A stretch of DNA of 64,000 bases from Azolla caroliniana (Eukaryota; Plantae; Polypodiophyta), in the NCBI GenBank assembly GCA_043228905.1, contig JBHGNT010000020.1, positions 15,128,001 through 15,192,000 on the forward strand, in the 5' to 3' direction. The translations under genes were made by a program, and so were the position numbers. Positions within the stretch are counted from its first letter, which is position 1. Each line of letters starts with the position of its first letter. Under the pieces are notes generated by a model. That model saw only the letters and a list, made by a program, of their open reading frames with translations. It did no database searches and was not told the DNA's origin. Positions 28,881 through 43,700 of the stretch are shown here, in pieces.

Positions 28881-29128
28881 GTTAGCCTTCTATAAACTCG
28901 AGGGATAGAGAGCTGAAATCAGTACCTCCACATAGATTGTTTGGTCACAAAATATCACTCATTGACTAAATTTCCACATCAATCTGGCATTGCTGCAATG
29001 GCTTCATTGTTTTTGAACAGTTGGCATGACCATCTCACTTTAAACTCTCTACATTATATTGTTGGGATCTTTAACCATGCCCTTTGTCTCTATTTCACAC
29101 ACATATTTGGTTCTCCACTTTAGGATAC

Positions 29129-29177
<49 letters not shown>

Positions 29178-29354
29178 TGCTATCACTTTCTGTCTATCTT
29201 TACCAAATTTGGAGCTTCCTTTGAGGTTGTCTCTCACATACAACTCTCTCTCTCTCTCTCTCTCTCTCTTTTGCTAGAAGCACACAATTATATTAATTGT
29301 ATGTAAAATCCACTTAGTTACAACACTTCTTAGTCTCCTCTACCTATAATATGC

Positions 29355-29990
29355 TTATGTAGGGAGAGGGACGTTTTGTAATGCTATTAAAAAACCTGAA
29401 TATGCATTTGAGGAAATGATCCCCACATGCTGTAACATCCAAAAATTGCACATGAGAATACCTTTAAGCTTCCTTATATAGGCTTTCACCCCATGTCTAT
29501 TATCAAACATGAAAGCATTACACATATTCCAATTGTGTTGTAGACCCCAATAACGTAAAAGTTGGAACAATATCTCCATCTCATCATTTGAACCATTTTG
29601 AACATATTGAGGAAAAACCCATTGTTGAGGTCTCAAAAAACAAGGGGTTAAAACTTGCCAAATGTCCGATAAGTACTTCCAAATGGTACACACTATCGGA
29701 CATTTAATGAACCTATGTGTACTATCCTCCAATGGAACGGTGCAAAATAAACAATTGCCGGACCCTAGTCCTCGTCTCTCTAAGACCAAACCTAATGGTA
29801 GCCCACCAATCACGACTCTCCATATGAATACCTTTGCACAAAATGGTAGATGGGAATGCCAACTACGTTGTAATATTTTCAACCACCTTGCATCTGACTT
29901 ACATACATTCCACAACTTCGCTGCTTTAGGAGATAACCAAGATAATGATGTCATTGCATGATGATACAATATATTTGTAGTGACCTGTAA
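29355..29990 (-). mobile_element. L1-type LINE ORF2 3' fragment (zf-RVT region)
   Basis: KVFIWRVVIGGLPL...CLFC...EDSTHRFIKCP...WKY is a typical zf-RVT zinc knuckle. Confidence 0.8.
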
Positions 29991-30568
29991 CAATCGTTGT
30001 CGTAAAGATTGTGGTTGTGTGTTGCAACCGTTGGGGTTCTGTGACTCGGGGATGATCGTGTGGATGGTGCAATGACAAGAAGCCGAGAAAGCAAGATAGT
30101 TGTGACGTTGTCGTGAAAAGAAATTTATTTGTAAAACACCACTTACAATATTTATTTGCCAAGAGTTACTTAATAGACTTGAACTGACAACCTCTGTTTG
30201 AGAAGAAGCATTTAAGATAGACCACTTCAGCTTCTTTGATTTCTATTTATTTACTTCTCTTTCTCTTTCTATTTATATATACCAAATTCATATTACAAAA
30301 TTTGATTGCCAAAAGAAGTTGTTTTGAGAGGATTCGAACTCACAAGCTTTTGTTTGCAAAGAATCATTTGTGATATACCATACTCTTTGGCAAGCTCTAC
30401 ATCCCACACCGACGCGAGCTTCCTCACTCGCTTTTTCTTCCTCCCTTCTCTTCCTGTTTTTTCCCCCTCTACCCTTTAGCCACCATGGGCATGGCTTATA
30501 TAGGGTGGTCAACTGCCCTACCACCCTCTTGAGGCGGTTGACAAACCGCCTCATGCAGGCGATTGTAG

Positions 30569-30570
<2 letters not shown>

Positions 30571-30621
<51 letters not shown>
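30571..30621. repeat. (TA)n microsatellite
   Basis: Visible run. Confidence 0.9.
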
Positions 30622-30626
<5 letters not shown>

Positions 30627-33600
30627 TTATTTATTGATTCTACGAATTCGATTTTGTCGTTGTACATTTGAGAAATTATAGAAATAGCCCTCATTTAATT
30701 TTGACTCCCCCTTTTGACATAATTACATTTGTGTCCCGAGTAACATTAATCCTTCCGAAGCTTGTATCTTAGGCTCCTGAACTCCGATTCACGAATCGAA
30801 AATTTCCATATGCTCCTCGCCACAAGATCCATATAGGAAATTTATTTCCATTGATTTTTGACATTGTTTTGACATCGTAATAACTTCACGATAGCGTGTA
30901 CCATCTTGTAACCGCCAATCCACCGAAGGTGCAAAATTTGTTTTCAATGGCAAAGATCCTTGCAACAATGGTATATCTTGTAATTTCTCCCAAATCAATC
31001 CATAATTTGGGGGAATACATAACCATCACTTGGCATCTTCAAACATCCTGTTATAGTGTCTCCAAGTTGGTTCTTTTTATGATGATTTGTTGGTGAGTAG
31101 ACCCATACTAGTTGCAGATTCACATGTTTCACTTGGTTGTCAATGATAGGTCTCATGATTTCTGTATCCATAAATCTCGATCTACTTTGACAACTTATCG
31201 TTATTAATGTTTGCATTGAGTCAATTTCTTTTATATTTAAATGTGACTCCATGTGCATGTAGGCTAATGTGAGCATTCGTCTTTCTTCTTTATTTTTTGA
31301 TAGATTGGAAGAACCCCAGCCTTGTAATCTTCCATATATCCCAGGTATTTTAATTTTCTTAATTTTCTTATAATTCTCTATTTGGAATACATGGATTGTG
31401 TATATATGTTTCCCCTTCTTGTAAATGGAATCCATAGATTATGCGAGTCCAACATACTCTACATTATTGGTACATTGTGGCCCACAACCAAAATACGGAA
31501 GGCAAAGGAGAGTGCAAATTATGTTTTTTGTGATTGATTTGATTTGGTACTCCGCTAAAAGAAATTTATTTGATTTGGTATACACTAAAAAATATTTCAA
31601 CATGTTCCGCTTTTAGGAAGGTGGCCGGTTAAAATTTTTAGATTCCGGTTACGTTCATAAGAAGCATGAAAATTTTCAATACGTGCTGGAGACTTTGCCT
31701 AACGTTGGTCATATCATACCAACAACGTTACCTACAATTTGGAATGGGTATTCAATAATATCCCAAACTAGTTTTGCAAAGATGGAATTAAGTCCACATC
31801 AACATTCGCACTCAAATTTTCTTTATGTAATCAGAAAAAGGTGGTAAAAAAGTTGATTGTTATTGTATAGTCACACCGTGGTCATAGGCAAAACTCTAAA
31901 CTGCCTCTAAACTTTTCTTTCTTTCCCCAATGTCCTTAGTTTGCATAGTTTCACCAAATGCCTTTGGTCAATTCATTAGGACTTTGTTGTACAATTATAA
32001 AAGTTATTTCGACAATAATAATAATAATAGTAGTACAATTCCTTTGTCTCTTTTGGGTTGTTGAATGACATAAAGAAGGAATCATGAGAGCATTTAAAAC
32101 AAATATAAACTTAGACATGCAGCATGCTCCTCTCCTTAGCAACTACATACATGCGTTCACAGTATGACTTTCCAATATTCTTCTGAATGCAATATCGAGT
32201 TGGCTCCAAGAATGATGGCTTTACAAATCACTTTCCAAAACCCAAACGAGGCAGGCTTGAACGTTCTAGCAATTGAAATTATAATCTTATGAAAGCCAAT
32301 CGATCATTTGTCCATATACACACTATCACCGCCTCATTAAGCTTTTCCATTCACCACCACATCTTCGTGTTTTGTCCATCCAACCTCATAATTATTTCAG
32401 CTATGGCGTCCTGCACTACCTCTACTTATAGTCTATCCATCGTCTTCCCCATTCTTCTCTTACTTCCTTGTCTCGCTATCCTTGACATCCATCGCTGCGC
32501 AGCCACACCTCCAGGTGGTGGTACATATTTTGCTAAAACTAGAAATATTAAAATCAAATAAGATAATGGCAATCACATATTCCAACATTAAAACGATTGT
32601 AACATAAACAAATACATCCGATTTTCATCGGAAACATATACTCACCAATTGTATCCTAATTGTTAACAGTCCTGGGGGTTCAAGCTATAACTACTGCACT
32701 ATCCAAGAACTTAAGTAGATTCACAGGGGACCCGTGTTTCCCTGTGGAATACAAATATCCATGGCTCAATTGCGGCAAAGGCATCCTCCCTACTCGAGTG
32801 ACTTCTATGTGGGTTGATATACATTGAATATGGAATGCTTATTGTATTCTTCTTCTTCTTCTTTTCCTCAATTGTGGTGAACCATGTGGAAATTTCAACC
32901 AATGATTCGTATCTCATGTGCCTCTAAGTAATAGATCCTTGTTTAACTGGAATCTAGTGGGAAATATACCAAGCAGCATCAACAATCTTGATCAAGTTGT
33001 AAACATGTAAGGTTGCATCCTTTTAAGATTTCTGTTGTAAACTATGCCTTGAAGGATTAAATGGTAAAGTTTTCTTATTGGAGTTCATGATAAAGTGAGA
33101 AATCATTAGGCCATGCAATACTTACCCATTTTTGATACAGCTCTTTGGATGGCAATGCATTGGAGGGGCCTATCCCGGTCGATCTGAGCAACTTGAAGAA
33201 TCTCGAATCCTTGTAAATGACTGCTCCATTCGCCATTTCTGCTTTCATATCTACTAGTTGAAATTAAGGAGGAATATATAGATGTGGTTAGAGCTCATTT
33301 AGCAATAATGATCACAAGAATAATAAGCATCATGTACACATCTCTAACCCTTCATACTGTAAATGCAAGGACCAATACTATCCGAGGTAGAAATATCCTT
33401 TTTGTTTAAAGTTGTTTGCCTGCAGGAACCTGAGCTATAATAAGTTGAGTGGAGACATCCCTGATTCACTGGCGAAATTGCCCAAATTGACATATCTGTG
33501 AGGGGCAATTCTGTTTGTTATTGATATTCCTGGATTTCTATTGCTTGAATTGACAAGTCAACGTTATTATTATCAATATTGCTTTTCTTTTGCCATGTGC

Positions 33601-34440
33601 TTCATTGAAGGGACTTACGATACAATAATTTGAGCGGAGAGATTCCTCTGCTACTGCAGCAGAAGGCAGAGAATGGGCAGCTCATATTCAGGTGCATGCG
33701 GTTGATCATTTGCCTTCCACAAAATAAATTACCTGCATTTCATTAATCCGTTTAAGGAGTTATGGACAAAATACTTACTAAATCTGCCAATGGGCTCAAT
33801 ATATGATTGCAATAAAAACACAAGGTAATTGTAAAAGCTCTTAGTGCCTGAAAGGAAGCTAACGTGAAGCAACGAACATCTCCTATTTTTATAGATATGA
33901 GGGAAACAACCTTTGGAGCAACGAAACAAAGCCGCCGCCGCCGCAACAAAGCCGGCTTCCGTTCATAAATGGTAATTGTAAAAGCTCCTAGGAAGCTAAA
34001 GTGAAGTAATTATGGTCTCCTATTTTTATAGATTTGAGGGAAAAAAACCTTTCGAGTAACGAAACAAAGCCACCGTCGCCACCACCGAAACAAAGTCGGC
34101 TTCCGTTGATAATTGGTAATTGTTAAAGCTCCTAGGAAGTTAAAGTGAAGTAATTATGGTCTCCTATTTTTACAGATATGAAGGAAACAAGCTTTCGAGC
34201 AACGAAACAAAGCCCCCCACGCCCCCGACACCAGCGAAACAAAGTCAAGCTTCCGTTGATAATTGGAAGTGTGGCTGTTGTTCCTTGTGTCGCAATTGTG
34301 TGCATAGTCATTGTGTGCAGAAGAAGAAGAAGAAGAACAGTTGCAATTCCTACTCCCAAGAAAACAGAAGATTCTTCTTCGTTTCAACCGCATCCCCCGA
34401 CACCCATGACAAAACTTTCCGACACCCATGACAGAACTTT

Positions 34441-37400
34441 TGTTGTAATAAACTAATTAGTTACAATAAATAAATATAAAAATAGACACAACGAAAGGAT
34501 ATTAAACAATATGAAAAGGTTATTAAACAATATGAAAAGGTGCACCCCAAAAATAGGGTGCAACTATAATTACCACAATCTCTCTCTCTCTCTCTGGTTG
34601 GTTGGTTGTAAAGAGAGAGACAAATTCTCCATTAATAAAAGTTTCTCTCTCTTTCTCTCCCTCTCTTTCCATCTCTTAATTTCTACATGGTATCAGTATT
34701 AGAACATATAAAGAAGACCAATCTTACAATGCATCACATGATGACTATGATCAAAATGATAACATATGTCAAAGTGACCAAAATTCCTATGAGGACAATG
34801 AAGACTCCTCCATTGCCTTCATGGCCCTCACTTCATTTATTCACTCTTCCACGTCAATGTGGATTCTTGATATAGGTGCCACATGTCACCTTACCTCAAG
34901 AGTTGAATGGCTCAAAAACTATAAGCCCTTAGAACATCCTTTCCCGGTGAGATTTGGGAACAATGGGGTTGAATATGCCCTTGGACATGAGACTGCCCAT
35001 CTTGAACTTTTTGATGGGAACTTCATTGAAGTCAATGAAGTTTATTATATACCTAACATAGCAAAGAACTTGGTATCTGTCAATAAACTCACAAATGATA
35101 ATACACCGGTCGAGTTTTACCATAAATACTGTATCATTTGTCACAAGACACCCTCTGGCCGAGATTTTGTCGTTAATTGTCTGAGACAAGGATGTCTTTA
35201 CCTTTTAGGTCGCTTGGTGGTCCCTATTGAAGAAGCACACCACATAGATGATTCAAGCACATCAAACTATACGAACTTACTATGGCACTATCGATTAGGT
35301 CACCTAAACTGTCAAACAATGGTTCACATGGCCCGACAACATATCACACTTGGTTTTACTCTTCCTCGTAAATCGAAACTATCCCTTTGCGAAGGGTGTA
35401 TCTTTGGAAAACTCTCTAACTCGCCATTTCCATCACATCCAACAACCACAACTAAACCCCTCCAATTAGTACACACAGATATATGTGGCCCTTTGTCTAC
35501 CCCATTCCTATCTGGAAATGTATATTTCCTAACATTCATCGATGACTTTACGCGTTTCACAATGGTCACCTTTCTAAAGACAAAACGTAGTGATCAAGTC
35601 CTTGAGAAATTTAAATCCTATCATAAACTTGCAACAAATCAACAAGACCTACCCCTTAAAGTACTCCAATCAGATAATGGTGGAGAATTCAAGTCTGAAC
35701 AGTTCCAAAATTATTGTCAAAACCATGGCATTCAACAACGATTTACCATTCCTTATACACCTCAACACAATTCAAGGGCTGAACGACGAAACTGGTCGTA
35801 TATGGATGCCACTCGTTGCATGCTTGCCGTTGCAAACCTTCCCCAAGCATATTGGGAAGAGGATGTTTCAACCACTTGTTATATATTCAATAGAACATAT
35901 AGTAGATCAATTAGAACAACTCCATTTTCCTTGTGGTTTGGAAAAATCCAAATTATGAAAATCTAAGAATCTTTGGATGTCCATCATATGCATTAGTACC
36001 CTTAGACACTCGATCAAAATTAGATAATCAAGCAGTTCGCACAATATTCGTTGGGTATGGCGAACCTCATGGCTATAAGGGTTATCGATTATATGACCCA
36101 AAATCCATAAGATTTCTATTTCGTCGAAGAGTGATATTTGATGAAGATAAACCAATATCTAATCCTCACCCAGACCATGGAGATGAAAAGATACAAGACG
36201 GGACTACCATGTCCAACGCTGAATCCAACAACGAAGTAATAGTATCACCTACTAATTCTTTGCAGGCTCCGCCAACGTCCTCGGAAATTCAAGAAGTCAC
36301 AATTGACCATATGCCAATTAACCCTTTTCCACTAATGTCCTCACCTCTAGAGGCCCTCCCACAAGTTTCACATTCAACCGATAACTCTAACTTATCGCCT
36401 CAAGTAACCAAACAATCAAAACAAATTGATGTACATGCCCCAATTTTAAACACTACTCCTACAGTGGCACTACCCAAACTAGAAAGAGCCTTAACAATCA
36501 CCTAAATATTCATAAGGAAAAACCTTTAGACAGAACACCACTAACACACATTGATTATTCATGTTCCCATCCTAGCAAACATCTCATTACTCCATTATGA
36601 CGATCCTCACGCCTTAATGGCAAGGATAAAACCATTGGCCACAAGGATGCAAAAGGAATTAAAATAGGATGTAGAAATACTTCATATTCAACTAACAACC
36701 AATATGAAGAACATACAAATAGTTCTGACATTGCGAAATCACCTAGTTCACTTAGCCCTACATCCACTCCAAAGAAAGTTCGTACTATTCAAGATCTCTA
36801 TGATCACACGAACAAAATAGATGCCCTTGTTGCAGACCATCAATTTGAAATTGATTTTGCATTTTCGGCACTTGGTTCCCCTTGAACCACATCAGACATC
36901 TCTAATGATCCCTTAACTATCAATGAGGCATTGCAAAGTCTAGATCGTGTTGAATGGCAAACGGCCATGGAAAGAGAACTTGAATCTCTTGATGCCAAAA
37001 AAACATGGACTCTAGTACCACTCCCAATTGGACGCTCACCTATTTCATGCAAATGGGTGTTGAAGAGAAAACTAAACCCTGATGGTACTGTTGCACGTTA
37101 CAAAGCTCGACTTGTAGCTCGTGGTTTCTCTCAAGTCGAAGGACTTGATTATTCTGAGACATTCTCACCCGTTCTTTGCATGGCATCATTTCGACTCCTA
37201 ATGGCTCTGGCCACCATTCTTGACCTCGAGGCACATCACTTGGATGTACAAACGACATTTCTACATGGTGATTTACCAGAAGAAATCTACATGTCACAAC
37301 CTCCTGGGTTTGAGTCACACTCTCAACCAAACTATGTTTGTCGGCTACATCAATCACTTTATGGACTCAAACAATCTCCTAGATTATGGTTTCAAAAATT

Positions 37401-38270
37401 TACCAATTTTATGCTCTCACATGGCTACTCTAGATTATTATCAGAACCAAATATATACATTAGACATAATCATACATCTAATCGTTTGTTCGTGGTAGCA
37501 CTATATGTGGATGACATTCCTATAGTTGGAACGCCATCCGAAATTACTCAAGCAAAGCTAGAACTTTCCAAAGCATTTTCAATAACAGATTTAGGTCCCC
37601 TATCTTATTTCCTAGGCATGCAAGTTACACGTAATCATAGTATGGGCACTTTGATTATTCATCAAAATAAATTCATTAATGAAATTTTGAAATCCTTCGG
37701 GATGCTAAACATTAAACCTTGTACTACTCGAAGATCTATGGTTGGTTTTTCTTTTATAATGGCAGGAGCAGTAGTGACGTGGCAATCGAAGAAACAAGAA
37801 TCTGTGACACTCTCATCTGTTGAAGCTGAATTCATGGCAGTGGCATTGGCCGTGAAAGAAGGACTATGGTTGCAAACAGTGTTAAAGGAACTCCAACTAT
37901 GTGAACCACTTCAATTAAAAATCTTCTACGATAATATATCATGTATCTGCTTGACAAAGAATCCAAAGCACTCAGAGAAAACAAAGCATGTGGATTTAAA
38001 ATACCACTTTATACGAGAGTTGGCTGAAGAAAACAAACTTACCTTAGAGTTTACATCGACAACTTATATATGGGCAGATTTTCTAATAAAGGCTTTACCT
38101 CTGGAGAAATTTGAAGCTTGTGAAAATTTAGGATTACAACGATTCACAACTAATTAGTTTATGGGAGGCTATTGTAATAAACTAATTAGTTACAATAAAT
38201 AAATATAAAAATAGACACAACAAAAGGATATTAAACAATATGAAAAGGTGCACCCCAAATATAGGGTGCA
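34441..38270 (+). mobile_element. Ty1/copia element A (gag deleted, 3' LTR truncated)
   Basis: 5' LTR 34441-34687 (TG...CA) and PBS TGGTATCAG at 34688. Protease WILDIGAT, integrase HTDICGP/SDNGGEF, RT YVDD and RNase H in 36931-38157. PPT at ~38161-38169. The 3' LTR matches the 5' LTR over 38170-38270 only. Confidence 0.9.
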
Positions 38271-40664
38271 TATTACAGAGCACTGGAAAGAGAGAGAAAG
38301 AATTCTAGACAAGAGGTATTTAGTTCAATAAGAAGAAAGGAGCATTTACTATATTAAAGAGAAGATGTTACATCGGGGGTATCCCCCTAATTTCCCAAAA
38401 ACCAGCCCCCCTTCTCTATGCACACAACTTCCTTAAATACCCTTGGACTTAACTACTTCACCACCAATTCCTCTAGTTACTCCGTCCTTGGTTTCTGACT
38501 GTCGATTCCTTCGTCTGTTCCTCATCCAAATTCAATTCGGGATCTTGTCCGGTTCCGGTGTCTTCTTCTTCTTCTTCTTCTTCTTCTGCTGCTGGTTCAG
38601 TATCCTCACCGTAACCAGCCGGTTCTTCGAGTGTCAACCGGCTCTTGGCTGGGTAGGTCTGAATCTCATGGAACCGATCCTTACCGGTCGACTCAGAGTT
38701 CATTATCTTCTTCTCCGACTCTTAGTTGGGAAGGGTCTTGTCCTCCATGAAGATAATATCTCGACTCCTGAACACCTTGTTGTCGACAGGGCCCCACACT
38801 CGGTAACCGAACTCATCATCGCCTTATCCGAGGAATATGCAAGGTCGGGACTTCGGATCCAGCTTTGCTCTCTTGTCCTTTGCCACATGTACGTATGCGA
38901 GACACTCGAACACCTTTAGATGCCGGTAAGAGATATCCTTTCTGGTCCATACTTTCTGCGGTGAGTCTCCGTCCAAGGGTACTGAGGGTGATCTATATAT
39001 CACATAGGTCACCGTCGTCAGCGTCTCAGGCCAAAACGTCTTGGGTAACTGGGCATGTGTGAGCATGCTCTAGAATCTCTCCATTATGGTCCGGTTCATC
39101 CTTTCGGCCAGCCCGTTTAGTTCCAGCGTCTTCGACACAGTAAACTCGAGCCGGATTCCCTTCGACCGGCAGTACTCCTCGAACTGCCCCCGGTATTCTC
39201 CTCCGTTATCTGCTCGAACCGCTTTCAGCTTTCGACCGGTTTCTCTTTTTACTCTCGTGTGGAGCTCCCTGAAGACGGATAACACTTGGTCCTTCGTCTT
39301 CAACGGTGAAACCCACAGCTTTCGGCTGTGGTTGTCTATGAACGTCCCAAAGTACTGCAATCCAGCATGTGACTTCATGTCGACTTGACACACATTGGTA
39401 TGTACCAGCTCCAATGGTGCATTCCGTCTCATCGGTGGTCTTGACCGGAAGTAGGTGCAGTTTTGCTTGCTGGCCAGCCAATCAGTGCACCTCTCAAGTT
39501 GCATGTTCTTCACCGGAATGAGGTTGTCTTCTGCAAGCCTTTTCACTGGAAGGAGGTGCGGTTTTGCTTGCTAGCCAGGCAATCAGTGCACCTCTCAAGT
39601 TGCACGTCCTTCACCGAAATGAGGTTGTCTTCGGCATAACTCGAAGGCATTGGTATCACTTGCTACATGTTGTAGGACACTAATGTCTACACATTGTCTT
39701 ATAGTTGCCACTGCCTTTCTATTTAGAATTTTCCACTCCGATTCTATCACCCCTCTTGGTATATCCTTATTTTCTATAGGCTCATATAAGTCTTTGACTA
39801 TCAAAAGATCTTCCATTTTGGTCTTCCAGTCTGAGTAGTTTTGTGAGTTTAGGACAATCATCCCCGTAAAGCCACTCACACCCCCTTCCATCTAAAACCT
39901 ATGCTCTGATACTAGTTTGATAAGATTTCACTCAGACAAGGATTACGAAATAACCTTAGACACAAACTGAAAATAAAGAGTAACACAAGATTTACGTGGA
40001 GAACCCTGATTTCAGGGAAAAACTACGGAACGACATTTCACTATGATAGAAAGACAGAGTACAACCACGGAATAAAAGAACTTGTATTGGTCTGAATGTT
40101 CTCTGATACCACGATTTTAGATGAGCATACCAGACCCTAATGCATAGGTGTCTTTCCAGTTCGAAACTCCCTTGGCTTCTCAGTTCTTGTCTTTCTTCCC
40201 TTTTGTTCTTCTCCCTTTTCTTCACACACACTCAGCTTTTTCTATTATGTTCTCACAATCACTACTGTGTATATACGCAGTCGTTCTCTGAGTCACACTT
40301 CTCTTCTACAACTGGTTTTTCACTTTGCACCCTCTCGCGCCTAAAACACAATCAATAATAATGCAAATCTCTTGAGTTTACTATATGTATATGGCTACAC
40401 TCACTACTTTTAGTCTAGGTCATTTATCCCACATACAAAGGCAGTGAATGCCTCTTAGTATATATGTATGCTAACCCACATACACATAGATGTGAATAGA
40501 AGTGTGTATATATGTGTATACACATTCGAGTTCCCTTCAACTCTTGGCACGGTTCGGCTTATTGCCCGCACCGTGTCTCGGGTCAGCTGTGCACGGCTCG
40601 GCTCTTTGGCCGATTTCGGCTTTTCAGCCGACTCCCCCGTAAGGAGGGACAATTTTACGCAACA
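38271..40664 (-). mobile_element. Deleted Ty1/copia element B (gag start, integrase, 5' LTR)
   Basis: Gag start MEGGVSG...NYSDWKTKMEDLL at 39595-39891. Integrase ADNGGEY...NGLAERMNRT at 39070-39546. PBS-like TAGTATCAGAGC at ~39903-39914 (minus). LTR ~39918-40664. A ~90-bp tandem duplication marks the gag/integrase deletion junction. Boundaries are approximate. Confidence 0.75.
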
Positions 40665-40746
40665 TTATACTGGTGAATCGTGATGTGCTCATACATATTT
40701 GACTTGGATTTCTGCGTTGCATGGCATGCATTCCATAATCGTGAGC

Positions 40747-43700
40747 TATTAGTCTTTGGCCCATCTTTATCCCACATAGTTGAGGGAGGTGGTTTGGGAG
40801 CTATTAATACGCTCCTCTTCCTCTTAGTTTGAGATCCTCAACTTTGTATCTTCTTTCCCAATCTTAATAGAGCTGCTACTTTGGAGGACGTAGGCTTAAT
40901 TGGCCGAACCTCGGTAATTCTGGTGTTGTTTTATCTTTTCTTCTTACTCTATATATTAGCTTTAATTCTAGTTATATATTGTTATTTCCATGCTTCCACA
41001 AAAATTGGTATCAGAGCCAAGGTTCTGTCTGAGTATGCTCTGTGGTTGCAGCGTTGTCTGAACTTCCACATCAGAGAAGAATACTTTGGTCATTCTGAAA
41101 CCTAGGGTTGTTGATAACTATAGTATAGAATATATTGAATACTATTTATTAAGTTTATAATGGCATCAAGAGATGAAAAAGGAAAGAATATTGTGTCAAA
41201 GATTCCATCGGGAACATCAGGCTCGTCGTCATCATGGTCAAGGTTCTCGGTGTCTAGTTCCAAACTAGCAGTAGAAATCTGTGATGGTACCGGCCATTTC
41301 GCCATGTGGCAAGGAGAGGTTTTAGATTCTCTTTTTCAGCAAGGTCTTGATATTGCCGTTGAAGAAGATAAGCCAGATGAGGTAGACAATAAAGATTGGA
41401 TCATCATTAACCGGTTGGCATGCGGAACAATTCAATTGTGCTTGTCCAGAGAGCAGAAGTATGCTTTCAAGAATGAGACTTCTGCACACAAATTGTGGAA
41501 GGCATTGGAGGGCAAATTTCTGAAAAAAAGTGGTCAGAATAAGCTCCTTATGAAGAAGAGGTTATTTCAGTTTGACTATAAACGAGGTACTACTATGAAT
41601 GATCACATCACCATGTTTAATGAATTAGTGGCAAACCTGTTGAATTTAGATGTTAAATTTGAAGATGAGGATCTAGCTTTGATGTTGTTATCATCTCTTC
41701 CCGATGAATTTGAACATTTAGAAACTACATTTACTTCACGGGAAAGAGTATGTGTCGTTAGATGTTGTTTGTTCTGCTTTATATAGTCATGAATTGAGAA
41801 AGCAAGATAAAATGATAACCAAAGCAATGACATCAGAAGAAGCATTGGTGGCAAGAGGTCGTCAACAAAGTCATACAAAGGGGAGAAGAGGAAGGTCCAA
41901 ATCCAAAGGCCAAGGCATTGCCAAAGATGAGTGTGCTTTCTGTCATGAGAAAGGGCACTAGAAGAAAGATTGTCCGAAGTTGAAGAGGAAAGGAAAACGT
42001 CCACAAGATGCAAATGTTGTAGACTGCAGTGATGCACAATCCGATATTTCTTCAGTGGTTATGCCTTCGGTGTCAACACATCCAGATGAGTGGATTTTGG
42101 ATTCAGGTTGTCCTTATTATATGTGTCCTATTCGAGAGTGGTTTTTTGAATTTCAGGAAGGAGATGGTGGGGTTGTTTACATGGTTAATGATCATCCATG
42201 TAAAACAGTCGGGATAGGTTCAATCAAGCTACGCAATCATGATGGAACCACAAGGATTTTGAGGGATGTGTGATACGTGCCAAAGTTGAAGAAGAATCTC
42301 ATCTCCTTGGGGGCTCTTGAATCTAAGGGCCTTGTTGTGATGATGCGAGATGGAGTTCTTAAGGCAACTTTAGGAGTATTGGTGATGTAGAAAGGCATAC
42401 GGAAGAACAATTTGTACTATTTCCAAGGTAATACAGTGGTGGGGACAGTGGCATCAACAACTTCAAGTACCAAGAAAGACACTGAAGCAACGAAGTTGTG
42501 GCATATGCGGTTGGGACATGCTGGTGAAAAGTCTTTGCAAATTCTTGCAAAACAAGGATTGTTGAAAGGCATGAAGACATGCAAACTTGATTTCTGTGAG
42601 CATTGTGTTCTAGGAAAACAACGAAGAGTGAAGTTTGGCACTCCAATTCAGAATACCAAGGGTATTTTGGATTATGTGCACTTAGATGTGTGGGGACCTA
42701 CCAAAACTCCATCCATAGGAGGTAGACATTATTTTGTAACTTTTGTTGATGATTTTTCCTGGAGAGTTTGGGTGTATACAATGAAGAACAAGAGTGATGT
42801 GCTTAAAGTTTTCCTTAAGTGGAAAGCTCAAGTTGAAAACTAGACCGGGAGAAAAATTAAGGTTCTCCGAACAGACAATGGTGGAGAATACAAGAGTGAT
42901 CAATTTCTGGAAGTATGTGAGGATTGTGGAATAAGTCGACATTTCACCGTTAGAAGAACACCACAACAGAATGGGGTGTCGGAGCGTATGAATAAGACAC
43001 TCATGGAGAAAGTTGTATGCTATCTAACGCTAGATTAGGCAAAAACTTTTGGGTTGAGGCTGTGATGTACGCTCAACATCTCGTCAATTGTTTGCCATCA
43101 TTTGCTATGGGTGGCAAAACTGCATTAGAGGTATGTTATGGAAAACCTGCAACTGATTATGATACTTTGCATATTTTTGGTTCTACAACATATTATCGTG
43201 TGACTGAATCAAAGTTGGATCCATGTGCAAAGAAGGCTCTTTTCATGGGTTTCAATGCTGGAGTGAAGGGATACCGTTTGTGGTGTCTTGAGGCAAAGAA
43301 AACGATTATTAGTAGAGATGTTACCTTTGATGAATCTACCATTTTGAACAAGGGAAATCTGGAAGAACTGAATAATACTCCGAGACAAGTGGAGGGTACT
43401 CCAAAGAAGGTGGAGGTTTAGCAAAAAATGGTGACTCCAAGGCGAAGCACCACCGGTGACTCTCCTATGGTAGAAGAAGAGTTAGATGAGGAAGAGGTTC
43501 CAACCCAAGAACCTTTAGAGCAATCAGAACCAATTGCAATAAGAAGACAGAGATGAGTAATTCAGAAGCCTGCTCGTTTCGCTGACATGGTAGCTTATGC
43601 ACTTCCACTTTGTGATGATAATGTTCCATCCACCTACCTAGAGGCCATTCGGAGCACAGAAAGTGGCAACTGGGCTACTGCAATGGAAGAAGAGATTCAA

